From Chrysomallon squamiferum (Eukaryota; Animalia; Mollusca): 64,000 nucleotides of DNA. Below, in pieces: positions 40,321-53,026 of the stretch (positions are counted from its first letter, which is position 1; each line of letters starts with the position of its first letter). The notes under the pieces are model-generated. The model was not told the DNA's origin and made no database searches. It saw only the letters and a program-made list of their open reading frames with translations. Location: positions 21,514,001 to 21,578,000 of the forward strand of contig CM022670.1 of the NCBI GenBank assembly GCA_012295275.1, in the 5' to 3' direction. The translations under genes and the position numbers were made by a program.

Positions 40321-41629
40321 TAATAGAACAAGGAGAAGAAGAAGAAGAAGGATGTTGATGATGATTGGTGGATAAATATGGAATATTGCCCTGTATTTCC
40401 CTCCGTATTGTTTCTTTAGCTGCAATGAATAAAACAGTGAATATAATGCTGTAAGTTAGTTTTACATTAATAAAGTCAGCAATAACACAAATAAAATAAT
40501 CTCTTGGAAGTTATAAAATATATTTTGTTTACTTTTTCAGGCACCTTATTTAAATGAATTAATTCAACCAAAAAAAATTAAACTATTTGATTATAAATTT
40601 TAAATGTAAATTATTTCAAATGATATCTGAAGCTATTTTAAAAGTATAAAAATACAAATTGTAAATACCAACAAGCAGCTAAATCTTGGAACAAATCAGC
40701 AGTTATATTTTATACAAATACAAGCACTAAATTTTAAATTCATTTTTGCAGATATTTTAAATTTACAGTTTCTGATAATTTTAGCAAAGAAACCACACCT
40801 GAAAAAATTTAAATATATATTTGGCAAAATCTTAAATGCAAAGTCTTTGTTTTCAGAGAAAGATCAACATTTATACAAATTGAACTAAAATTAAAATATA
40901 TATGAGAAGGTAAATTTTACAAATATCAACCATATTTTACTAAATATGGAGCAGAAATTTCATTATAATTTGCAGAGAATATTTATATCTTTCTAACTGC
41001 TACATACAAATCAACAGATAAATTGTAAATACAAATATGGTTATATGTGAAACCTTTTAAAATACAAACATGCAGCAGAAAGTTTAATACAAAAATGATA
41101 ATATTTAAATACTGTTCATGTTATATACAAATCACCACATTTTAAAGACTAGTCTCAAATATTTAAAACAAAAAAGTCTACTATTTTAAATACGAAATTT
41201 AATTTGCATTCAAATTATTCATTTCAGTATTTCAATAAAAATCTGTAGTTAAAACTTTAAACACAAATAAACAGCTAACTTCACATTTAATACTAATGTG
41301 CAGCTAAATTTATACAAATGGAAACTTTTGAATACAAACAAAAATCTTAATTTTATATAATAATCTGATGCAATATTTTCAATAGAACATAAACATAATG
41401 TTTAATTTTTACAGTAGCAGTAAGTTTAAATATAAATATTCATCTGGAATTGTTTATGATGCGATCAACAGCTTAATTTCAAGGACAAAATTTTAACTAA
41501 AACTTTGAATACATTTATGAACAGAAATGTGCAGCTGAAATTTAAATACACAATCACAATCTAATTTTGCATAAAAATCAGCAGTCAAAATTTTAAATTT
41601 ACATAAATTTTTAAAATGGCATTGTCTGC

Positions 41630-41852
41630 CGCATTTTAAATGCAGATGTAAAGCTATTTTAAATACAGATGTGAAGATATTATATATACATATGTAAAGC
41701 TATTTTAAATACATATGTAAAGCTATTTTAAATACATATGTAAAGCTATTTTAAATACATATGTAAAGCTATTTTAAATACAGATGTGAAGCTATTTTAA
41801 ATACATATGTAAAGCTATTTTAAATACAGATGTGAAGATATTTTAAATACAG
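41630..41852. repeat. 22-bp minisatellite, about 10 copies, with a decayed related tract back to about 40560
   Basis: ATGT(A/G)AAGCTATTTTAAATACA(T/G) repeated in tandem. Confidence 0.9.
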
Positions 41853-41995
41853 ATAATTTGCTAAATGTTCAAAAAGTTGTGTTTTTCATCTCACATTTCT
41901 GCTTATGATACTATCCTCACAGCAGACGACTGAATATCTGATTTAGCTGTTTGGCTCTGAACTGGCTGTCTGCTGTTAGCAATGGCTCTGTGTTG

Positions 41996-44801
41996 TCAGG
42001 GAACCCGGTGGTGGGGAAGAGAAGGTGGCCATTCAGGATGTATCATGAATTCGCCTCTGTTGAGTCTGTTCTGTGAATATCTAAAACGCTTTGCTGCTTC
42101 GATTGTTTTCTTCTTCAAGTCACTGCGGGTTCCCACCACTGTGTGGTACGGCTTCACTGGGTTTGACTCCCTCAAATATGTCTCTGTTTCTGTAACAACA
42201 GTGAAATGAATGGCCGTTAATGCACCTGTCATAATGGTGGTATGTCCGAGAAGGATTATGGATTAGTAGCTGCTGATTAAGATGCCTGTTTCCCATGCAG
42301 GCGGAAAGCCATTACACGACCATTAATAAACATATCATGAGCAATGACAAGAATGGGAAAAGTCTTATATAATAACATTAAAACAAGATTGTAATGATAT
42401 GTGGAGATGGAATAGATATTTGCAAAGCTGCTTTATCATCATAGAGATATCAACATATTTGTTTTCAGTTCTCTGTATAAGTCAAGGGACAATGTCATTC
42501 CTTTTTGTAATTTCTCATTTACAGAATTATTGTCAAGAATTTGTATATATATATATAGATATATATATATATATAAATAAAGAACAATAAAATAAATGGA
42601 ATTGCCTTACGCTGGGTGAAATAGGAAATAAATATTATGAACTAAAGATGAAAGTTGTTGTGTATAAAAATTAAAATAAACGACATATTAATAACACAAA
42701 ATTCCTCAAACACAAGACTCTAGAGATGAAAAAAAAACAATAAGATAATTCTAAAACAAAAACAAATAACAAGTTTACCTCGAGGTACAGCTGGTTTCAT
42801 CCACCGGTTTAAAGATGAGAAGGCAGTGTGTGGTCGGAGGTTTGCCTGCAAACAGCAATAACAAGTAAACTCAACCAAAAAGTGGCAGATTTACATTTAT
42901 ACATGGATGAAAGTGAATATCTATATATCTGTATATGTAACTGTGCATGTCAGTCTACACATTTTATTAGCAAACAAAAATATCTAATATCACTTATTAT
43001 TAAAATATATGTTGTGTTTTTATTCTTCAAATAATAATTGTCCTCTGAAGTAATCAATTGTTTAATAAAAGAATTTATCAAATTTTTCATCTTATTATTA
43101 ATAATGATTTTTTTCCTCTCATGCATAATCAAACTGAAACAAGAATGTGCACCTGTTTATGTTCTTCATTAATCTGTTGTTCTCTGAAATTCTGAAGAGC
43201 ACAAACAACACCATCTTTGTCTGCAATAATAGTAATAATAATAATAAAAATAATAATAATAATAACAGCAATGAAAATAATAATAACAATAATTAAAAAT
43301 AACAAAAACAATAATATTAACAACAAGAAAAATAACAATAATAATAAAAAAAGCAAAGAAAACAGAAATACAGGTATCCATTCTTTTTGTTTGTCTAAAA
43401 TTAGTTTAATGACCATTCAGCTTAGAGTCTTAATTCTAATTAGACATTTTATTTATAATTTTTCTTTTTAATGAAACCCATTTCATCTTCAAAGTTATGT
43501 TCACCACAGTGGTGACCAAAAACACCACCTCCCTGGATTTTGTGACTGCCCCGCCCCTGACTCACCATCATCATATGCTATATCTAGCCATGCTTTGGCC
43601 CCCTGAGCCTCCACTGGGTCCAAGTACTCTTTCAGTCCCTGTCAATAAAGAATTCTGGATTTTTTCATTCCATATATAATATAACAGTTACTTGGAAATA
43701 GTTACACAAAATGTATGATTTGGTGATTTGATCATATCAGTTAACTTTAAAGGCACTGCTACACATTTTAAATGTTTACAATGTCATTCATGTAACTGTA
43801 AAGGTAAAGTATGACAGAGCAAATGTAGATTTCAAACTCCTATTTCAAACATTAAGATAAAAACAATTTCGAAAATGACACATAGACTCAGTGTATATTT
43901 ATTTGCATGTAAATGTCTTTAAAAACATCAAATGGTTTTGAAAATAAAATGTCACCATGGCAACAAAACAAAATGTCAGTGGATAAACCTACATATTTAT
44001 CAGTCATTGTGTTAACTGCAGCTGAACAAGGTCGGCCAATGTATTTTTCACGAAGACTTCGTCGTTTTCCATATTCACGAGGTGAGACACTGCCATCAAC
44101 TGAAACAGTTTTGTAGAGAAAATTAATGGAAGAAATACAAATAATAAATTAAATCCACACATATTAAAATTACACATTTCTTTGAATGGATGTCACTTAT
44201 GTTTAATAACATTCCAACACATTAAACATATTTGATATTATATTGTTAAAATAATATCAAAATATTGTTTTTCAAATAATGACAAAAAAAAAAGAATATA
44301 TATTGGAAGTCTATTTGCTCCACTTTTGTATTATTCTTGTCTTTTATTATAAAAAAATATTATTTTTCTGGAAACTGTAAACTATGATCTCCTTCAAACT
44401 GGCTCGAATGGTGTAAAAATCCAGTGCTCCAAGTATTTAATGCTGAGAAAAACAAAATCAATTCCTAAAAGGTTGATTCACCTCTGTAGCACTCTTTGCC
44501 AATGGTTGTATCTGGATTCTGGTACCCTTCAATATAATGTAGTCTGTTAGTCAAGAAGACACTGGAATTATAAACAGATATGCTTTTGGGTAAGTACGAA
44601 AAATTCTGTCTTTCTCTGACAGTGAGGTTAGTGAATAATATATAGTTTTATCATTATGTGAATAATTAATTAATAACAACAGCAGCTACTGATAATGATG
44701 ACAAAATAAATAATTACAAATATAAAATTTAACATTCCGAAAGCAAAACTGTGAAGACCATACTACTACTATTACTAGCCTACTACTGCTGTTACTGTTG
44801 C

Positions 44802-44875
<74 letters not shown>

Positions 44876-45234
44876 TTTATTGGTATTTGTATATAAACAT
44901 AAATTATACAAAAATACAAATATGAAATAACTTACAGTGGTGGATGAGGTTTGTTTATTCTAGTAGGTGATGCCGGGCGGGGTATCGGTGGATTTTGTCT
45001 TACGTTCGCAAAGGAATTATGATAGAAATCATACGTCGTAGGTTCCCTGTCCGGTTTGGACCAGATTTTTCTCGCCTCTTCTCTGATACGATTAAACTCA
45101 AACGGATCTATTCTGTAATACTTGGCCGTTCTTTCAAGAATTCTTTTAGTATCAAGAGGATAACCCGCCGATTTGGCGCGTCTTAGTCTTGATACGGGGT
45201 CGTCATAACCCGGCAAAAGGTGCCCAGTTGTCAT
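41996..45234 (-). CDS. Uncharacterised ~295-aa basic protein, 7 coding exons, possibly axonemal or testis-type
   Basis: Exons 44936-45234, 44482-44561, 43993-44099, 43566-43638, 43153-43220, 42779-42845, 41996-42189 join GT-AG with consistent phases into an 888-nt ORF. Motifs RPASPTRINKPHP and EFMIHPEW. Confidence 0.82.
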
Positions 45235-45384
45235 AGTTATATACTCATTTAGTTTGTTAATATAAACTGTAAAAAATAACGATACTTTAGCATTTCTTAG
45301 TTATATTACCTGTTTACGTGCAAATCTCTTAGCTAGACAGTTTTGGGCATGAGCCATTTATACTAATCATTAACTTTGTTTATA

Positions 45385-45480
45385 AATGCCAAGCAACGAC
45401 CGGAAACAGGAAGTGAATTCTGCGCAGTCAAAGGAGGGCGTTGAAAAATCGCAAAAGAGCTACCCGGAAATAATAGCAAA
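45385..45480. promoter_or_regulatory. Probable bidirectional promoter between the uncharacterised gene and EXOC1
   Basis: CpG-richer patch with ETS-type sites (ACCGGAAAC, CAGGAAGTG, CCCGGAAAT) and TGCGCA, lying between divergent start codons about 840 bp apart. Confidence 0.6.
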
Positions 45481-46070
45481 ACTATCAAAGCCAAATATTT
45501 ATGAAAGCGTTTAATTAATTCTGAGTTTATTATATGCTGATATATCGACACTCTAGGTTAGCTCTCCTTATGGTTCTTTAAACAATGAATCCAAAAATGA
45601 ACACAGTAGTCGTTTTAATGATCGATAACTTAATTCATTCGCATGCGTTCAAATGGAAAAGATCATAATTCATATTCAAATAATTCATAACACATTAACT
45701 TGATTAAGTTATTAAAAGTGTTATCATAACGTGGGATAAGCCTCTGACATTTCTGATTTCATAATGATAATCTGATAATAAGTTAATAAATAAAAGTTAA
45801 CAGATTTTAAATAATTTTATAATATTCTTTTATTTATTACAATTTTAATAACATAGAAAAATATTTATTAATAGGTAATTTTGAGATAGATAATGCAATG
45901 TTACTTTCATAATTTTATTTAATTTTATATTAACTTTTAAGTAAATACTGAAAATTTTGATTTATAAGAATTTTTATGTTTAAAATAATAATATGATGTG
46001 ACATGGTCATTGGTAATTATTTTAAAATCTGTACCGAATAATTATCTTTTAAAATTTCAGATTGGAATAA

Positions 46071-49000
46071 ATGGCGACAATAAAACAGTTATTACAGCAG
46101 GAGCTGTTTTTGCCTGAAGATGAAAGACTAATTAGTATAATCGGTGTCTCAAAACCAACAAAAAAGAAAAAAACTAGTTTTCTGTGTGCAGTCTGTGAGC
46201 ATTTAATTTCTCTAATTAGCATTAAAACACTAATTAATTATTTATGTTATTTTTTTGTACAGAAGAGTAGAAACACAGAACAAAAAGATTTTTTAAACAT
46301 ACCTTTATTAAGTTTTGAAATATGTTCAGTTTAAACAAGAACAACTCACATTGATGATAAATAGATGAATATTAGAATACAATATCACAAACTGTTATTG
46401 GATGTAATTTAAACATATAAGATCTGCACATTTGCATTTAAAAAGTTAAAAATCTGAATTAGTGTTATTGTTTTATTAGTTTATTATTTGTATGAAAATG
46501 TGGAACATAAATCAATTTAGAAAATAATAAGAAAGGTGCTTTGCATTCAGTCACAAATATATTATTTACATGGTTAAAATGTGGACATTATCTACATTAT
46601 TTAGTTCCCTGAGTTATTCTCACTAATAGACTTGTGAATTATTAATTAATTCATTCATTTCAATTAATAGTAGAATTTCAGATTTTGTTTTATTGTACTT
46701 TTATAGTAAATACTTCTGATACTCCATTCACTGCTAGAATTTATCTGGTTAAGAAAGCTGACCGAGGTGATTCATACAAGAAACAGTTGTCATGGTTACT
46801 TAAAGAACTAAAAACAGTTGATGGGAAAGATTCTGAAAAGGTATTATTTGTTTAATTTATTTACTTTGTCTTAAATATTATTATATTTTAATTTATTCAA
46901 ATATTATGATTTCAAAAAATATTTATTTCTTGTTATGGTTAGTTTAAAAGATTTAAAGAAATGTTGAAAACTATTCTGCTCATTTATTTTTAAAAATTTG
47001 AGTCAAAGTATTATACTCACTGATTTCATTTGGATACATTTGTCAAATTAATTGCACAAGAGATTTGCTTAGTTTGTGTGTGTGTGTGTGTGTGTGTGTC
47101 TGTGTCTGTGTCTGTGTCTGTGTGTGTGTTTGTGTCTGTGTCTGTGTCTGAGTGTGTGTGTGTGTGTGAATGACTCTGTGTATGTGGATACATACATTAT
47201 ATCTATATCTGTATTTATATACCTGGCATTCTCTATACCATATATTAAAATTACACATCCTTGCATACTCCAAGTATAGCTTGGAAATATTTTGTATTTT
47301 GGCATTGTTTTTCACTTTGTTCATTATATTAAAAATTTTCTTTACATCAGGAAGTTGCTGAATTGGATTTGCACTTTGAGAAAGTCTATAAATGGGTGGC
47401 AAGAAATACAAAAGAGAGAGATGGTTTTATTTCTTGTTTATGGAGGGTTTGTATAACTTTTTTTCTGTTCATCAGGCTTTCTGTATACTCATCTGTCTCT
47501 CCTTCTCATTGTCAAGCATGTGCACACTGACAAGCATACACACATACAGACATAACAACTAATCATCAGTAATTTAAGCCTAACTGATATATCACAATAC
47601 ACATGCATACAGACAGACACATTTATATCTTTTCTGCCAAAAGATTTGTATTTTATGGCTAATTTTTTGCAAATATATTTTCAGTTGTGTCAAAAATACC
47701 TGATTGACAAGCCAGAATTTATAAATATCTCTACCAATATTCTTATGGGTAAGTGCAATACTGTAAATATTAGAAATTCTATTTTTACTAGAAATAGGGT
47801 ACCTAGAATAATATCAAAATCAGATTTCATTTTGTGAATATTTGATATGTCTACCTCTCTGATGGTTTATGTTGAATTATGTCACTGGTTTAGGTTTTGC
47901 TAAATTTTAATGTTGATAAAAATTCATTTTTAGAGTATACAAAAAGATTAGAATGACAAATGTCCAAAAGCTTAGTTGAATGGTGGGCAGTTTTTAAACG
48001 GATTACAAGTAAAAATGATTTTTTAAGACAGTAGCCAGTTATTTATAATGCTGCAGTCTGATATTAATAAAAGGAAGTTAATTAACAGAATTATTTTATT
48101 TTATAATATTACTGCACCGTGAAGAATTTTATCTATGAAATTTCGATACTTTATAACTACATAATGCAAAATCAATCTCTTTTTTAAAATAAATATGTTT
48201 TAATAAATTCTTTTTTTAAAGAAAAATTTATCTTCAAAATGGTGTCATAAAATGAAAACTATTAGTCAGCTGAAAACAATAATTATCCACTTACACTACA
48301 TATGAATATTAAATCTAAGAACAGTAGATAAAAAAAACGTATAGAAAGCTTTTATCTTAACAGATGAAGTAAAATGTTGTACTGATATAGGTATGATGAA
48401 TTTCTTTCCCCCCCAGACATACAAATGCCACATGACTCGAGTTCCACCTCACGATCTGCAGACGATCTTTCAGCAGAGGAGGATTACCAGGTTCTCACAT
48501 CGAAGGAGGAGGCTGATCTTGAACTCCTAATGAAAGACTGTTCTGTTGCTATTAGCAATGCAGAAACATTTGCCGAACAGCTTAGCAAACAGCTGTCAGT
48601 TCTCGATGGGGTAGGTTAGGCATGCTGTATTTAAAACTGTTACTAGTTTCACAGGAGTTATGGTTATAATGCTAGGTATTGATTTGTCCACAGCTGTAAA
48701 GAGATTCTGTCTTTTCATCTGTTCCTGCCTATAGCAGTTCTTTTTTATGTATTTCATTTGTAACTATTTACCTTTTTCATTTAATCCTACATATGAAATT
48801 CACCTGCAATTTCAATGATATACCTGTTTTTTCAGGCAAACATCCACTCCATCATGGGCTCAGAGGATCAAGTGCTAAATCTGATGAGACTGTTGGATGA
48901 TGGAATCAATGAAGCAGAGAAAATTGAGAGCAAACTCAATTCATATGATCATATCTTACTGGTATCTAAAATATTTTTACAAAACTGTTGCATAAAAACT

Positions 49001-51280
49001 TCTTAAAATTGTATTTTTGGATCTGAGTAAAATCCAAAACATAATTTGTGTATGCAGAAGAAGTGTTAATTTGCCAGAAAGTGAACTGATATGTTCTATT
49101 GTATGTGTGTAAGTGTATGTGCATGTGTGTGTGTGTTTTGTGTATGTTTAATTATATTTAGATTTTCTTTTATTATATTAACCATTTCTTTGTTTTGCAG
49201 AATGTGAAAGAACAGATGGAGGTGATGAAGGAAAAAGACAGACTGATGAGAATAAGAAATGCTAATCACCAGAATCTGATGGAGGAACTTGGCAACATGA
49301 TTGTAAGTAACTGTAATTCCACCTTCATGTGTAGAGCCACCAGCTATAACATTGTCTACTATCACTGTTTTATTTTCTTATCTTAATTAATAATTGGACC
49401 TTTTAAATTATAAGCACTGACTCTAATTGTAAAAATTATTTGATGTATTAATATTTAAGATATTTGAAATTAAATATACAAGTTTCTACTTTTTTTTTTT
49501 TTCAATTTGTTAATTAATAAAAATAAAAGAAATGCACCAAATTCAGTCAGATAAAAAAAAGAAAAAAAAAAGATAGATTGGTTTTTGTTCAACAGAGATT
49601 GATATTTAGTCTGATGCAGAGACTTGTAATTTAGGACTAGCCTTAGATTGAACAATTACAAGCTTCAGTATTTAATTTTTTAATTTTTTTTGTAACATCC
49701 CAGACTAAACTGGACTTGGACATGAAGCACATCAGTGCTCTGTGTGATGGAGATCTGGCCAGTCCTACAGGAATACAGGAGTGTACCCAGGCAGCGCAGG
49801 CTTTACACAAGTGTATGAGTGCAGATATACACCCAGGTTGCTGCATTTACTTATTACAACCACTCCAACAACCACTACAACTACCACCACCACCACCACC
49901 ATTACCACTGTCACTACTCCTACCACCATCTCTACCATTGCTACTGATACGACACTGCCAATACTATTACCATCTGCACTATTACAATTATTTTTGTTGC
50001 TACTATTACTATTACTGCTACCACTGCAACAATTACAATTACTACTGTTGCTATTATCATTACTATTGCTATCACTGCTGTTTCACCATTAGACATGAGT
50101 GGATTGTTGCTTGTCATCGTTTTTGGATTTGGCTTCAGTCATCATAGATCGTGGGATCAGGCCTCCATAACTGGACTTGGCGCTATACATTTCTCTTGTT
50201 GTAAATAATCTTCCTGTAAATTTTGCTCATTACTGCTACATAATAACTAATTCAAAAGCTTTGATAATATTAAAAAAAAAATTATAATTGCAGTTTCAAT
50301 ATCAGCATTTTATTTAGTTTATATGCTGTTAGAGATGTTGTTATTTATTTTGCTAATTACAGGCTTACAAAAGATGGGAGCAGTGGAGGAGCAACAGAAA
50401 AGATTCAACAAATTAGCTTCAAACTTCTCCAAACGTCTTGCCCACCATCTCAACAATTTGTTCATACATCAGGTATGCTTCTTTTGTGATGTCTTTATAC
50501 ACAAAGTTTGATATTGTTCTGTGTGTTTATACACTTAAGTATGATATTGTTCTGTGTGTTTATACACTAAGTATGATATTGTTCTTGTCTATTTATACAC
50601 TAAGTATGATATTGTTTTGTGTGTTTATACACTAATTATGATATTGTTCTTGTCTATTTATACACTAAGTATAATATTGTTTTTTGTGTTTATACACTAA
50701 TTATGATATTGTTCTCGTCTATTTATACACTAAGTACGATATTGTTCTCATCTATTTATACACTAAGTATGATATTGTTTTGTGTGTTTATGTTCTTGGT
50801 ATGCTATTGTTTTCATGCATTTGTACCTTTGTATTCAGATCCCTTACCCACTGAGGATAATTTAACATTACATTAATTTACTCAGTCTTTTAAGATCGTT
50901 TTCACATTTGTTTATAATGAAATTATTGCATGCAAAAAAGGTAAAAGTCTATATCAGTAAATCTCCTGTTGCTTGTTATTTTATTATCTTAGTTGTTATT
51001 AAAAATACCATTTTTTTTTGTTTTAATATATTTTTTTGTTTTTTTATTTTATTAGGGTAATGAAATAGAGGAAGTTATAAATAGATTTACAGTAGAACTT
51101 AAGATGCCACAGCACAACATAATGCATAAAGAGCTTATTGTTTATGCAGACCTCATGCTCTGGTTGAAGAACACAGATATTTCTATTTTTAACAGTTTAT
51201 GTGCAGTAAGTTATAATTACACAGTATTGTTTAATATGTTTAGGCTAGAAGTTCTCTTGATATGTGTGTAACTGTGAGTA

Positions 51281-51323
<43 letters not shown>

Positions 51324-52191
51324 CTCAGTTTTGGTGAAACCTCTTAATAATATATTTCATTGGTATTACATTTAAGAACATTTTGCTAGTGGTTTTTAGC
51401 AGTCATACATTTTTTCCTTGAAAATCAAAAATAAATTAAACAGCCATTTTTTAATTTGGTATTAATAATGCATATTATATTTATTTCATTAAATGATTGA
51501 AAATCATTAAAAAAAAAAAAATAATAATAAATAATAATAAAAATTAAAAAACAAATAAGAAAATGAAAACCAGAAAACCTCTTAAAACACAAAAAAAAGA
51601 TTTGAATGTTAAAAAAAAAAAAAGAATAAAATAAGAAAGAAAGAAAATAAAGTAATCAAGAAAAAGAAAAATGCACATGACATTCTTTTTCAGATATGGT
51701 TCTTGAAAATACCATTTTACTTTGTGGCTTTAAATGAAACAGATGTCCTCATAAGAAGCTTCTAATATTGTCTAAAAAATAAATATTGTTTGTCTTACAA
51801 AATACCAGTTTCTTAAACAAAAGTTATCATTATAGTTATGTAGGTATTTTTAATATTTCTTTCAGGTATATCAGGATAATTTGTGCAAGCTTTACACAAA
51901 GGAAATTCAGGAGTTTCTTGAAAGTGCTCGACAGAAACTTGTTGCCAAACCCGATAAACACGACAAACATGAAAAACCAAAACGTCAAGGTTTACATCTT
52001 TTGAATAAATTGTTATAAACGATAAAAAAATTATGTTAAAAATTACATAATAATTAACATCTTAAAATATGTTTTTAAAATTACAAGCATTTTTTGAATG
52101 ATAAAATATTTCTTTGTTTTAATTTAATATTTTAATTTAATTCTCTTATTTATTTTATTTCTTATTTATTTATTTACTTTCTTCTTAGTAT

Positions 52192-52230
<39 letters not shown>

Positions 52231-52986
52231 CTTACATGCTTTCACTCACAAACACTAGGTCTACCGAAGTTGTCTGGATCAGCAACCAGTTTGAGTAAAA
52301 TCAGTGAGGTGCATAAAACCAGTCGATCTTCCTCCACTCACAGCATGGATTCTCTCTTCCTAGGCTCCATGTCTGACTTGGCTCCTAAAGGACTCTTTGA
52401 CATGGTAAACAATTTAGAATATATTGACTTAGATGGACGTTTTTTTAATTATTATTATTATTTTTTTTTTTTTTTTATAAATAAAATATATAAATAAAAA
52501 AATATAAACTTTAAATGTGGTTTAATTAATATCAAAGGATTTAAAAAAAATTTTAAACTGAAAAAAAATTTCTTAAATTAAAAGAAGCCAAAAAACAATA
52601 AATATATATCAAAATTTAAAAAAAAAAACAGCAAAGAATTAAAATAAATATATCAAAATAAAATAAAATAATTCTTTATCTTATTTTGATATGTATTTGT
52701 TTTGTCACTAGATTTTAGAGAAAGTACTGAGTGAAATGGAACGTGTTTGTATAGCTGAACAAGATTTCTGTTTCAAGTTTTTCCACCTCATTGACAAAAC
52801 ATCATCATCTGAGGTAAAGTAACTATAATCTCTAAAACCCAGAGATATCAAAATACATGCTATAACTGCACACAGATTTATTTAATTAACTTATGTATAT
52901 ATATATGACTTTAATGTTGGGGTATACCATACATTTGAAAATTTCTGAATTTTGTCTTTTCAGTTTTTTTCTCTTTCTTGGTGTGT

Positions 52987-53026
<40 letters not shown>

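Noticed and set aside
49837-50147. Pro/Thr/Tyr-rich ORF extensions after EXOC1 exon 8
   Set aside because: Intronic degenerate (ACC/ACT)n repeat beyond the donor at 49837.
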